The notes below the pieces were generated by a model that ran no database searches, had not been told where the DNA came from, and saw nothing but the letters and a program-made list of their open reading frames with translations. From Bacteroidales bacterium (GTDB lineage Bacteria; Bacteroidota; Bacteroidia; Bacteroidales; F082), in contig JAFYNO010000081.1 of the NCBI GenBank assembly GCA_017549705.1, positions 1 to 61,391 on the forward strand: DNA of 61,391 nucleotides, given 5' to 3'. The number at the start of each line of letters is the position of its first letter. The first letter of the stretch is position 1. Of the stretch, positions 45,474-55,395 are shown piece by piece. The translations under genes were made by a program, and so were the position numbers.

Positions 45474-47294
45474 ATGACAAGTATTCGTAATGTTGCGATT
45501 ATCGCTCACGTTGACCACGGAAAAACCACTTTGGTGGATAGAATTCTGTATCAATCCAAGCTTTTCAGAGAGGATAAGGATAATGGAGATTTGATTTTGG
45601 ATAACAACGACCTTGAGCGTGAACGAGGTATCACTATCTTGTCTAAGAACGTTTCAGTGCGTTATAAAGATGTGAAAATCAACATTATCGATACTCCTGG
45701 TCACAGTGATTTCGGAGGCGAGGTGGAGCGTGTTCTCAACATGGCTGATGGTGTTCTGTTGCTTGTCGATGCATTCGAAGGCCCGATGCCGCAGACTCGT
45801 TTCGTGCTTGAGAAAGCTATCCAGCTCGGACTGAAACCTATTGTGGTGGTGAATAAGGTTGATAAGCCGAATTGCACTCCTGAAGAGACTCAGGAAGCTG
45901 TGTTCGACCTGATGTACAACCTTGGCGCAACTGACGATCAGCTCGACTTCCCGACAGTGTTTGGTTCATCGAAACAAGGCTGGATGTCGGATCACTGGAC
46001 ACACGTCACAAACGACGTTTCATACCTTTTGGATGTGATTATCAACACCATTCCTGAGGCAAAATATGAAGAAGGCACACCACAGATGCTTATCACATCG
46101 TTGGATTACAGCTCATACGTTGGACGTATAGCTGTGGGTCGTCTGAAACGCGGTATCCTTCAAGCTGGTATGAACGTCTCGTTAGTGAAACGCGACGGCT
46201 CAATAGAGAAGAACCAGATCAAGGAACTCTACACTTTTGAAGGTCTTGGTAAAGAAAGAACGAAAAAGCCTGTGATGGCTGGCGATATCGTTGCTGTGAT
46301 GGGACTTGAGAACTTCGAAATCGGTGACACTGTCGCTGACTTCGAGAACCCTGAAGCACTGCCTCCAATCCATGTCGACGAGCCTACGATGAGTATGTTG
46401 TTCACAATCAACAACTCACCATTCTTCGGCAGAGAAGGCAAATTCGTGACATCACGTCATTTGCGTGAGCGTCTTTACAGAGAGACTGAGAAGAACCTCG
46501 CATTGAAGGTTGAGGATACCGATTCACCAGATTCATTGATGGTTTACGGTCGTGGTATCCTTCACCTCAGTATCTTGGTGGAGACGATGCGCCGTGAGGG
46601 TTATGAGTTTCAGATCGGTCAGCCGAAGGTGCTGTTGAAGGAAATCGATGGCAAGAAATGTGAGCCTATTGAGGTTATGAACGTGCAAGTGCCAGAGAAC
46701 TTTGCAGGTCGTGTCATTGAGTTGGCATCGCAGCACAAAGGTGAGATGACCAATATGTCACCTAAGGGCGACCGTATGAACCTTGACTTTGACATCCCAG
46801 CACGTGGCTTGATTGGCTTGCGTTCAGCTATGCTTACTGCTACTGAAGGTGAAGCTGTTATGTCGCATCGTTTCAAGGATTACGAGCCATGGAAAGGCGA
46901 GATGGACACTCACGAGGTGGGCGCTCTCATCGCGATGGAGACTGGAACAGCTGTGCCGTATGCTTTGTGGAAGCTGCAAGATCGTGGTAAGTTCTTCGTC
47001 ATGCCGAATGAAGACGTCTATATGGGCGAGGTCATAGGTGAGAACACACGTGCCAACGATATCGTGTTAAACATCAACAAGACCAAGCATTTGACAAACG
47101 TGCGTGCTTCAGGTTCTGACGATAAAATCGTGCTTATCCCTCCGGTAAGGATGTCGCTTGAAGAGTATATGGAATATATCCGTGATGACGAATATCTCGA
47201 GGTGACTCCTAAGAGTCTGCGTCTGCGTAAGATCATCCTAGATGAGATCGAGCGCAAGAGAAGCGGACGTCACAGCGAGGAAATCAGCGATTAA
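45474..47294 (+). CDS. typA: translational GTPase TypA/BipA
   Basis: [31 protein letters not shown] and full-length BipA pattern. Confidence 0.97.
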   Translation: MTSIRNVAIIAHVDHGKTTLVDRILYQSKLFREDKDNGDLILDNNDLERERGITILSKNVSVRYKDVKINIIDTPGHSDFGGEVERVLNMADGVLLLVDAFEGPMPQTRFVLEKAIQLGLKPIVVVNKVDKPNCTPEETQEAVFDLMYNLGATDDQLDFPTVFGSSKQGWMSDHWTHVTNDVSYLLDVIINTIPEAKYEEGTPQMLITSLDYSSYVGRIAVGRLKRGILQAGMNVSLVKRDGSIEKNQIKELYTFEGLGKERTKKPVMAGDIVAVMGLENFEIGDTVADFENPEALPPIHVDEPTMSMLFTINNSPFFGREGKFVTSRHLRERLYRETEKNLALKVEDTDSPDSLMVYGRGILHLSILVETMRREGYEFQIGQPKVLLKEIDGKKCEPIEVMNVQVPENFAGRVIELASQHKGEMTNMSPKGDRMNLDFDIPARGLIGLRSAMLTATEGEAVMSHRFKDYEPWKGEMDTHEVGALIAMETGTAVPYALWKLQDRGKFFVMPNEDVYMGEVIGENTRANDIVLNINKTKHLTNVRASGSDDKIVLIPPVRMSLEEYMEYIRDDEYLEVTPKSLRLRKIILDEIERKRSGRHSEEISD

Positions 47295-49747
47295 GCTATA
47301 TCGTATTTATCGGCTAGCATAGCTAAGAGGGCATCGGATTGATTCATAAATTCGATGCCTTTTTCTTCCCAGTCTGGGAGTGGTGTGGCGTCTTTGCCGC
47401 GGCGGCTGTCCATATCGATGAGATATTGAGCCGATTTTTGCTCCAGCTGGATGAACATCGGACGCATCTTATGACACACTGCACGAGCCTTTTCGAAATC
47501 GTGCTCGGTAATAGCGTCATTGAGGATGACGAGGTTGTCGGATGTGGCGTTAACAAACGTTTGCAGAATCTCGCTGATGGCGCTGCTGTCGTTGTTAAAC
47601 ATCTCGCAGAGCTGCGGGAAGTCAGCAGAATACTCGCATTTTTTACCTTCCTCCTCGGTGTAATTGTCATTTAAAAGGAGTGCTAACTCTTTGATACTAA
47701 AAGGTTTCCTCAGATAGCCATCGAACCCCTCCGACATGGCGTAATTTTCGGAATATTCATCACGTGCCGTCATAAGAATGGTCTTCTTGTTTGGGTCAAC
47801 AGACTTGATGGTCTTCAAGACATCGTTGCCGGAGAAAGTACCCATCTCTCTGTCGGTGATGACGAGGTCATATTTGTCGAGTTCGTTGAGATATCTGTTG
47901 AACTCGATATATGAGCGGCAGATGTTTGACTTGTGACCAATCTTGTTGAGCATGGCGACGATGACGGAAAGTAGGCTGTTGTCGTCGTCGACCAGGAGGA
48001 TGTTGAGTTTTTTGATAGTGTTAACCATATCAGTATCAGTGTTTTTCTCTTTCTCTAATAATTTATTCTCTACAATCTTGACAGGGATGCTAATCTCGAA
48101 ATGGCTACCTTTTTCGAGTTCGGACATCACTTGGATTTTGCCGCCGAGTATCTCTAGCATTCCTTTGACGACGAAGAGACCGAAGCCATTGCCTTCAGCG
48201 AGGCCGGGGTTGTTGTCGGCTTTGCTGAATGGCTTGAACATCTCGTCAATTTTTCCGCTTGGGATGCCGATGCCTTGGTCTATCACGCTGAAAACCAATT
48301 TATTATTGACGAGATATACTCCAAAATGAACTTCACCTTCGATGGTGTATTTCAATGCGTTGGAGATGATATTGCTCACCACCTGTCTGATTTTCAATGC
48401 GTCAGAGTTGACATAAAGGTCGTCGGAGATGTTCTTATGATAGAAGAACTTCAGTTGTTTGTTTTCGGCTATAGGCCTGAACATCTCAGCTAGGCTGTCG
48501 CAGAGCTCTGCTGCGTTGAAGTCGTGGCGTTTGATGAACTGCTTACCTTGTTCGAGGCTTGAGAAGTCAAGTAAATTCGACAGGAGCGAGAGGATGTGCT
48601 GTGATGACACCTTCATGGAGTTCAGGCGCTGAATATCAGTTTCATTTCTTTTTTCCATCTCCATCAACTCGATATAACCGATGATGGACGATAGCGGTGC
48701 TTTGATGTCGTGCGAAACAGAGAGCAGTAGCTTGTGACGGCTTTCCATGATTTCTTCGGTGCGCTTTTGGGCTTCTTCCATAGCTCGTCTAGCTCTCGAC
48801 ACACGCTTGATATCTCTGGAAATCAATAAGATACATAGTAAAATGCTTGCTAATGCGATGGCGCCGCCATACATGGAATAATTCAGGTTTTGCTGAATCA
48901 TCGACTCACTATTTTGAATAGCAGTCATCACAGAGGTAAGAGTCTGTTTATGTAAGGTGATGAGCAATCCTGATATCTCTTCTGAAATCTTCTGGTCTGA
49001 TTTAATAAAGCTTTGATATTGACGCTCAATGATTTTCAGCCTTTTAAGATATTCTTCTTTGCCTTTATCAGTGTAGATTTTGATACCTTCCATGAGGTCG
49101 ATTCTGCTTTCAGGGCTCTCCTCAGTGATGGTGTCATAAGTTGTTGTCGTTATAAAAATGACGCTGTCGTGTGGAATTTCTGAATTGAAAAGGCGTTGAA
49201 AGAAACTTTGTTTGTCGGCCATTCTGAAGATGGTATCCTGTTTTGTGACAGGAATAATGCGCGTCGTTTTCTCTTGTGGCTTGTAGTCGGTGATGATTTT
49301 TGATATCTCATCATATGGATTGAACAAATCGTACTGATGAGTGATCTCCTTGATAATCACTTCTTTGCGATTCAAAAGATGTATGATGTCGTTGAGAATC
49401 TTCTCGTTATCTGTGTTGTCATCGGAATAATAAACTATTGAGTCTTTTATTGCGATTGTGGATTTAAGATATTGATTGAATCTTAAGAGGTTTTTGTGAT
49501 TACCGGAGACGGTATATAGTTGTGCTTGAGACTGGGCTTCGTTTACATTTTTGATGAGTTCGTTGGTGAAATCGAGCACCATCTCATTATGGTCGATCGC
49601 AATTCTTTGATTCAGAATTGATTTCTTGAGATTTGAGATGTAGTAAATCATGAAAGCTAGTATGACTATCACAATGATATAGATTATGACAGCTTCCCAA
49701 CGGATGCGGCCCTCATAATGTTTTCTTATGAATTTTACTTCTCTCAT
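47291..49747 (-). CDS. hybrid sensor histidine kinase (2 TM, periplasmic sensor, HisKA, HATPase_c, REC, Hpt)
   Basis: H-box SHDIKAPLSSIIGY, G-boxes NGFGLFVVKG, REC (ILLVDDD...DLVITDREM), C-terminal Hpt (AVCHKMRPMF). ATG 49747 is preferred to GTG 49753. Confidence 0.88.
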   Translation of the reverse strand: MREVKFIRKHYEGRIRWEAVIIYIIVIVILAFMIYYISNLKKSILNQRIAIDHNEMVLDFTNELIKNVNEAQSQAQLYTVSGNHKNLLRFNQYLKSTIAIKDSIVYYSDDNTDNEKILNDIIHLLNRKEVIIKEITHQYDLFNPYDEISKIITDYKPQEKTTRIIPVTKQDTIFRMADKQSFFQRLFNSEIPHDSVIFITTTTYDTITEESPESRIDLMEGIKIYTDKGKEEYLKRLKIIERQYQSFIKSDQKISEEISGLLITLHKQTLTSVMTAIQNSESMIQQNLNYSMYGGAIALASILLCILLISRDIKRVSRARRAMEEAQKRTEEIMESRHKLLLSVSHDIKAPLSSIIGYIELMEMEKRNETDIQRLNSMKVSSQHILSLLSNLLDFSSLEQGKQFIKRHDFNAAELCDSLAEMFRPIAENKQLKFFYHKNISDDLYVNSDALKIRQVVSNIISNALKYTIEGEVHFGVYLVNNKLVFSVIDQGIGIPSGKIDEMFKPFSKADNNPGLAEGNGFGLFVVKGMLEILGGKIQVMSELEKGSHFEISIPVKIVENKLLEKEKNTDTDMVNTIKKLNILLVDDDNSLLSVIVAMLNKIGHKSNICRSYIEFNRYLNELDKYDLVITDREMGTFSGNDVLKTIKSVDPNKKTILMTARDEYSENYAMSEGFDGYLRKPFSIKELALLLNDNYTEEEGKKCEYSADFPQLCEMFNNDSSAISEILQTFVNATSDNLVILNDAITEHDFEKARAVCHKMRPMFIQLEQKSAQYLIDMDSRRGKDATPLPDWEEKGIEFMNQSDALLAMLADKYDIA

Positions 49748-49791
49748 GCTCACAAAATTACTAAAAAAAGTATTATGTCGTAAATATTTTG

Positions 49792-49799
49792 TAACTTTG
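49792..49799 (+). promoter_or_regulatory. -7 box (TAacTTTG) for galM
   Basis: Exact motif 20 nt upstream of ATG 49819. Confidence 0.45.
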
Positions 49800-49818
49800 C
49801 AATATAAATTTTGAAATA

Positions 49819-50901
49819 ATGAAAAAGCTTTTATTGTTTGCGCTTAGCGCGATGTTTTTAACAGGTTGTACCATGAAACATGAAGTTAAATTATTGGATG
49901 CCAACGATTTTAACACAGAGGTCGATGGCAAGAACGTGTCGCTTTACACTTTACATAATGGCGCATTAACTATGCAGGTGACTAATTATGGCGGTCGTGT
50001 GGTATCGTTGTGGGTGCCTGATTATAGAGGAAGTTACGAAAATGTAGTGCTTGGATACAACAATATTGATAGCTATATTAATAATAAAGGTGAGAGATAT
50101 CTTGGTGCGCCAGTGGGTCGTTATGCCAACCGTATTGCTAATGGCGAGTTCACTCTTGACGGAAAGAAATATGAGCTTTTCAAAAATGACAACGGCAATA
50201 CGCTTCACGGTGGCGAGTTTGGCGTCGACCGCGTTGTTTGGGATATCAAGTCGGTGACAGACAATGCTATCGTTCTCAATACTGTATTACCTGACGGAAT
50301 GGATGGTTTCCCGGGTAACCTCGATATCACCATGACTTATACTTTGACTCTTGACAATGAGTTCCGCGTTGATTATCTGGCTACGACTGATGCGCCGACG
50401 GTGTGCAATCTTTCGCATCATTCATTCTTTAACTTGAAAGGCGCAGGCAATGGCACAATACTCGACCATGAGTTGATGATCAATGGCAAAGTCATTACCT
50501 TGATAAACGAAAATCTTATTCCAAAAGGAACATTCCTTCCAGTTAAAAACACACCTATGGATTTCACTGAAGCAAAAGCGATAGGGCAGGATATTAATAG
50601 TTATCATCCTCAGATGGAGAATGGCAATGGCTATGATTTCAACTGGGTTCTAAACAAGCCTATGGGTGAGATGGGGCTCGCTGCAACTTTATATGAGCCA
50701 AAATCAAGAAGATATATGGAGGTTTATACCGACCAACCAGGGATTCAGTTTTACAGTGGCAACTTCTTTGAAAACAGATACGAGGCGCTGGCTCTTGAGA
50801 CTCAGAAATATCCAGATAGCCCGAATCAAAAAATATTCCCCACCACGGTGTTGAGACCTGGTGAGGAATATCATCACACTTGCATCTATCGCTTTAAATA
50901 G
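49819..50901 (+). CDS. galM: aldose 1-epimerase (galactose mutarotase), lipoprotein
   Basis: Lipobox FLTGC. GRYANRIANGEFTLDGKKYEL..N.GNTLHGG and HSFFNL motifs. Confidence 0.88.
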   Translation: MKKLLLFALSAMFLTGCTMKHEVKLLDANDFNTEVDGKNVSLYTLHNGALTMQVTNYGGRVVSLWVPDYRGSYENVVLGYNNIDSYINNKGERYLGAPVGRYANRIANGEFTLDGKKYELFKNDNGNTLHGGEFGVDRVVWDIKSVTDNAIVLNTVLPDGMDGFPGNLDITMTYTLTLDNEFRVDYLATTDAPTVCNLSHHSFFNLKGAGNGTILDHELMINGKVITLINENLIPKGTFLPVKNTPMDFTEAKAIGQDINSYHPQMENGNGYDFNWVLNKPMGEMGLAATLYEPKSRRYMEVYTDQPGIQFYSGNFFENRYEALALETQKYPDSPNQKIFPTTVLRPGEEYHHTCIYRFK

Positions 50902-51187
50902 TTTTTTCGATTTTCCAAGCGAACGCTCTCAGACCCAGTTCCGGTGTCTGAAGGTCATGTTCGTGCAGTGTGTTCAGGATGCTGTCCACTTTCTCGTCGT
51001 CGACGAAGGTCAGCATGGCGTCGTTGAATGTCGGCCAGGTGTGTGTGCCGTAGTGTGCCTCACCTGACTCTGAGCCTCTTCCTGTTATTTCGTTCCATCG
51101 GGTGAATCCGCGAACTCCTTCTTTTTCAAGGAGTTCGGATATTTCTTCGTAATAAGCCTGATTGTAGGCGATGAATATTCCTGTCAT
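50894..51187 (-). CDS. small RND-pump-associated cytoplasmic protein (resembles the PG0541-type transporter-associated family)
   Basis: 97 aa with no TM. Its start overlaps the RND stop by 4 nt (ATGA). The family name is from memory only. Confidence 0.6.
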   Translation of the reverse strand: MTGIFIAYNQAYYEEISELLEKEGVRGFTRWNEITGRGSESGEAHYGTHTWPTFNDAMLTFVDDEKVDSILNTLHEHDLQTPELGLRAFAWKIEKTI

Positions 51188-54100
51188 ATTCTTGCAAGTT
51201 TTCTTTCTTGACGTTTAATTCTTCTAGATATAAATATTGCGTACAATGTCGGGATGAGCACGAGGGTGATGAGTGATGACACTGACAGGCCCCATGCGAC
51301 GACCACACCGAGGCCATTCCACATCTCAGCGCCTTCACCGGTGCCGATAGCCATAGGTATCATACCGAGGACGGTGGTGAGTGTGGTCATGAGGATAGGA
51401 CGCAGACGTTGACGTGAGGCGGTCACAACGGATTCGTTGATGCCCATGCCGCGCTCGAGACATAATCTGGTGTAGTCGATGAGCACGATACCGTTTTTCA
51501 CCACAATACCCATCAAAATCATGAGGCCGATGAGCGCCATGACGCCGAGTGCCATGCCATGCACTCTCAGGCCGATGAGCACGCCAGTGATGGCGAACGG
51601 CACTGAGAACATGATGACGAACGGGTCGAGCAACGACTCAAATTGTGATGCCATCACAACGTAGACGAGGATGACAATCAACAGGATGAGGGTGAACATA
51701 TCTTTGAATGCATCTTGCTGGTCTTCGTAGTCACCGGCGATCTTTGCCATAAATTCTGCAGGAATCTCAGCATCGTCGATGCATTTTTCTGACACTGCCA
51801 CAGCGTCACTTAAAGCGTAGCCTTTTGCCACTATGCCTGTGATGGTGATGATACGTTCACGGTCTTTACGCTCGATGGTAGGAGGGGTGCGGCCTTCCAC
51901 TATCTTCGCTACTTCGCTCAAACGAACGGCGTTACCTGAAGAGCCGTAAAGCACGATGTTTTCGATGTCTTCATAACCTTGACGGAACTCAGGGGCGTAA
52001 CGCACACGGATGTTATATTCGTCACCGTCTTCGCGGAAGTAGCTCATGATAGAGCCATTGATTCTGTTTCTCACATATTGCGAAGCGGTTGTGATATTGA
52101 TGCCGTTGAGCATCAGCTTCTCGCGGTCGAAGTCGACGTGAATCTCAGGAGTGTATTCATCACGGCTGATGAGCACCTGTGAGATCTCCGGACGTTCACG
52201 CATCTCGCCAGCAATCTGCTGCGCAATACGGTCGGATGTGTTGAAGTCGTAACCGTAAATCTCGACTTTTACGCTGGTGGTAGAGCCCATACCCATACCT
52301 TCAGAAACGTTGTATTTCTTAATCAGAGCGTTGCCCTTCAAGTCTTTACGGATATATTCTGCGATCTCTTGCGTGCTTCTTTTACGTGTCTCCTTGCTGC
52401 CGAGGTTGAGGTTCATCGAGAGGACGTGTGTGCCGTTGCTTTGCATAGAAGCGAAGGCGTTGTCTTCATCGGCGACGCCATAGCGGTAGTTCATCACACG
52501 AATCTCTGGAATTGCTTTCATATATTTGTCGGCGAGCTCAGCGCCTAGCTGACCGGTGATATCTTCCTGGGTGCCAACAGGTAACTCAATATTGATACTC
52601 AGACGACCTTGGTCCATGCTCGGCATGTATTCTGTCTTCATGCCCGGCATCGTGGTAATGATTGTCACAACAAAGATTATCACTGCGATGGTGACAGTGA
52701 GTGCGCGGTGTGTCACGGCCCAGTTGATGAGACGGCCGTATCCGCGGCTAAGAGCGTCGAGAGCTTTATTAATAGGTGTAAACAGGATTTTGTGCCATGT
52801 GTGAGTGTTCGGGTTTCTCTTAAGCATTCTCGAGCACATCATAGGTACCAATGTCAATGCGGCTGATGTTGACACTATCATGATGATACTGACGATCCAG
52901 CCGAGCTGGTGGAAGAACACGCCGACGGCGCCGTTGACCATGGTGAGAGGCAGGAACACCGCCAACATTGTCAACGTTGAGGCGATAACTGAGATTGACA
53001 CTTCCTGTGTGGCGTGCACAGCAGCTTCCTTCGGTTTTGCGCCTTTATCGATATGCGACGTGATGTTCTCCAACACCACGATAGCGTCGTCCACGACCAT
53101 ACCTATAGCGATGGTCAATGCACTCATTGAGATGATATTCAAGGTGTTGCCTGTCGCAAATAGATACACGACTGAGGCGACCAACGAGATTGGGATTGAC
53201 AGCACGATGATGATGGTGGCTCTCCATCTGCCGAGGAAGATAAACACCACCAGCATAACCACCATGAAGGTGATGAAGATGGTCTCTTTTAATGAGTCGA
53301 TGGTGTTGATGATGCTGTCGCTGGTGTCGTTGATCATGTTGATGGTGATGTCTGACGGCAGCGTCTTTGCTATCTTAGCCAGCTCTTTCTTCACGCCTTT
53401 AGACACCTGCACTGAGTTAGCGTCGGTTTGCTTCTGGATGGTGATCATGGCACCCTGGATGCCGTTTGAGAACACCTTCTGCAGACGTTCCTGTTCGCCG
53501 TCATTCACGCGAGCGACGTCCTTTAAATAAATGGGTGTGCCTTGGAATGTGCCGACCACGACGTCGAGCATCTCTTTAGCCGACTTGAATTCTTTCTCCA
53601 CGCGCACAGCGTAAGTGTTTGATCCGATGTCGATATTTCCAGCTGGTGTGTTACGGTTTTCGTATGCCAACGCTTGTGAGATTTGTTCAACGGTGAGGTT
53701 GTATGCCTCGAGTTTGTTAGGGTCTACAAAGACCTGAATCTCACGTTTTGGAGCACCTGACACTGAGACGGTACCCACGCCCGACACACGTGCCAATGGC
53801 GTTGCCACCTTGTCGTCGAGGATTTTATCCAAGCCAGAGAGGCTTTCTTTAGCGGTGACGGAGAGGAACATAATCGGTATGTCCTCCATGCTGAATTTGA
53901 AGATGGTCGGGTTGCCGGCGCCGTCTGGCAGCACCTGCTTCACCATGTCGAGCTTGTCGCGCACGTTGTTTGTAGCCTCCTCAATATCAATGCCATACTC
54001 GAATTCCAGAGTGATGACGGAGACGTTTTCCTTTGACGATGACGAGAGGTGTTTCAAATCACTCACGCCGTTCAAGGTGTTTTCCAACGTCTTAGTGATG

Positions 54101-54285
54101 TTCGTCTCTATATCTTCTGCGCTGGCGCCTGAATACGATGTCATCACCATGATGGAGTTTGTTCCCATGTCAGGGAAGAGGTTGATTGACAGCTTGCTCA
54201 GCGCGAACACACCCAGGATCGCTACCGTGATGAATACCAACGACACCGTTACCGGATGGTTTACTGATGTTCTATATAAACTCAT
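51184..54285 (-). CDS. RND efflux transporter permease (AcrB/HAE1 type)
   Basis: 1033 aa, 12 TM with two large periplasmic loops, and a typical N-terminus (VNHPVTVSLVFITVAILGVFAL). Confidence 0.95.
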   Translation of the reverse strand: MSLYRTSVNHPVTVSLVFITVAILGVFALSKLSINLFPDMGTNSIMVMTSYSGASAEDIETNITKTLENTLNGVSDLKHLSSSSKENVSVITLEFEYGIDIEEATNNVRDKLDMVKQVLPDGAGNPTIFKFSMEDIPIMFLSVTAKESLSGLDKILDDKVATPLARVSGVGTVSVSGAPKREIQVFVDPNKLEAYNLTVEQISQALAYENRNTPAGNIDIGSNTYAVRVEKEFKSAKEMLDVVVGTFQGTPIYLKDVARVNDGEQERLQKVFSNGIQGAMITIQKQTDANSVQVSKGVKKELAKIAKTLPSDITINMINDTSDSIINTIDSLKETIFITFMVVMLVVFIFLGRWRATIIIVLSIPISLVASVVYLFATGNTLNIISMSALTIAIGMVVDDAIVVLENITSHIDKGAKPKEAAVHATQEVSISVIASTLTMLAVFLPLTMVNGAVGVFFHQLGWIVSIIMIVSTSAALTLVPMMCSRMLKRNPNTHTWHKILFTPINKALDALSRGYGRLINWAVTHRALTVTIAVIIFVVTIITTMPGMKTEYMPSMDQGRLSINIELPVGTQEDITGQLGAELADKYMKAIPEIRVMNYRYGVADEDNAFASMQSNGTHVLSMNLNLGSKETRKRSTQEIAEYIRKDLKGNALIKKYNVSEGMGMGSTTSVKVEIYGYDFNTSDRIAQQIAGEMRERPEISQVLISRDEYTPEIHVDFDREKLMLNGINITTASQYVRNRINGSIMSYFREDGDEYNIRVRYAPEFRQGYEDIENIVLYGSSGNAVRLSEVAKIVEGRTPPTIERKDRERIITITGIVAKGYALSDAVAVSEKCIDDAEIPAEFMAKIAGDYEDQQDAFKDMFTLILLIVILVYVVMASQFESLLDPFVIMFSVPFAITGVLIGLRVHGMALGVMALIGLMILMGIVVKNGIVLIDYTRLCLERGMGINESVVTASRQRLRPILMTTLTTVLGMIPMAIGTGEGAEMWNGLGVVVAWGLSVSSLITLVLIPTLYAIFISRRIKRQERKLARI

Positions 54286-54305
54286 GATTTTACTTATTTA
54301 CAAGA

Positions 54306-55322
54306 TTATTTCACTACATCGACTTCGATGCCGTTCTTAAGTTTTGTCTGGCCAGTCAGAACTACGGTGGCGTTGTCGTCCAAGCCGCTGAGTACCTCAT
54401 ATTTGTCGCCCATACGGCGGCCGAGTTCCACGACGGTATATGTCACGGTGCCGTCTTCATTGAGGACGTAGACATACTGTTCGCCCGAGCCGACCTGCTT
54501 TACGACTGCTCTGTCAGGCACAACCACGCGGAAGTTGTCGCCATAGTTGACGGTAACGCGTGCGAACATACCTGGACGAAGCGAGAGGTCTTTGTTTGCA
54601 AATACCACCTCAACAGGGAATGTATGTGTCATCGAGTTGATGGTAGGGTAGATGAGGTTGACTTTGCCCTTGAACTGTTTGTTACCGTAAGCTTCGGTGG
54701 TGATGTCGACTTCCATACCTTTCTTAATCTGTGAATATTTGCTCTCACTGACGTTGATGAGCATCTTCACCGGGTTGATTTTCTGAACCACAAAGAGAGG
54801 CTGTGTCATGGCGTACATGTCGCCTTCGTCGTAGTTACGGGCTGTCACGATGCCGCTGATAGGGCTCTTCAACACTGTGTTTTCCAAAAGGTTGTTGTAT
54901 GTCTTCTTTGAGACGTCGTATTTCAGAGTCATTGCCTCATAGTCAGAATGTGATGTGGCTCCAATCTCATGAAGCTGATCGATACGACCGAATTCGATGG
55001 AGTCGTTGATGAGCTGAAGTCTGGCCTTCTCAAGGTTGACTTCATCCATCAAGGCGAGGGTTTGCCCTTCAGAGACTTTGTCGCCGATCTCAACATAAAT
55101 CTTACTGATACGTGATGCCGACTGTGGTGCGATGTTGTTCACGATGTCAGCCTCGATGGTTGTAGGATATACCTGAAGCTGTGATACATATTCAGCGTTT
55201 ACTGTGGCAACGGTCACTTTCGGGTTTTCCATAACCACCTGCTGGTCGTTTGTGGTCTGCTGTCCGCAAGAAATCATCACGATAGTGGCAGCAGCGATTA
55301 ATAAAATGTTTACTCTTTTCAT
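54306..55322 (-). CDS. RND efflux periplasmic adaptor (MFP/HlyD_D23)
   Basis: Lipobox MISCG. Barrel-sandwich/lipoyl pattern (IYVEIGDKVSEGQTLALMD, SPISGIVTARN). Confidence 0.9.
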   Translation of the reverse strand: MKRVNILLIAAATIVMISCGQQTTNDQQVVMENPKVTVATVNAEYVSQLQVYPTTIEADIVNNIAPQSASRISKIYVEIGDKVSEGQTLALMDEVNLEKARLQLINDSIEFGRIDQLHEIGATSHSDYEAMTLKYDVSKKTYNNLLENTVLKSPISGIVTARNYDEGDMYAMTQPLFVVQKINPVKMLINVSESKYSQIKKGMEVDITTEAYGNKQFKGKVNLIYPTINSMTHTFPVEVVFANKDLSLRPGMFARVTVNYGDNFRVVVPDRAVVKQVGSGEQYVYVLNEDGTVTYTVVELGRRMGDKYEVLSGLDDNATVVLTGQTKLKNGIEVDVVK

Positions 55323-55344
55323 ATTATATCTATTATCTTTTTAT

Positions 55345-55395
55345 CTTTCAACTTTAAAACTACTCTAAACTCTAAACTCTACACTATACACTAAA
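55345..55395. repeat. heptamer-periodic spacer between the TolC-like and MFP genes
   Basis: 55361-55395 reads TACTCTA AACTCTA AACTCTA CACTATA CACTAAA. 55345-55355 is the reverse complement of AAAGTTGAAAG. Confidence 0.7.

Noticed and set aside
52805-53530. 241-aa ORF antisense to the RND permease gene (and smaller ones at 51479-54340)
   Set aside because: This is the same situation: shadow ORFs in a GC-richer membrane-protein gene with no independent signals.
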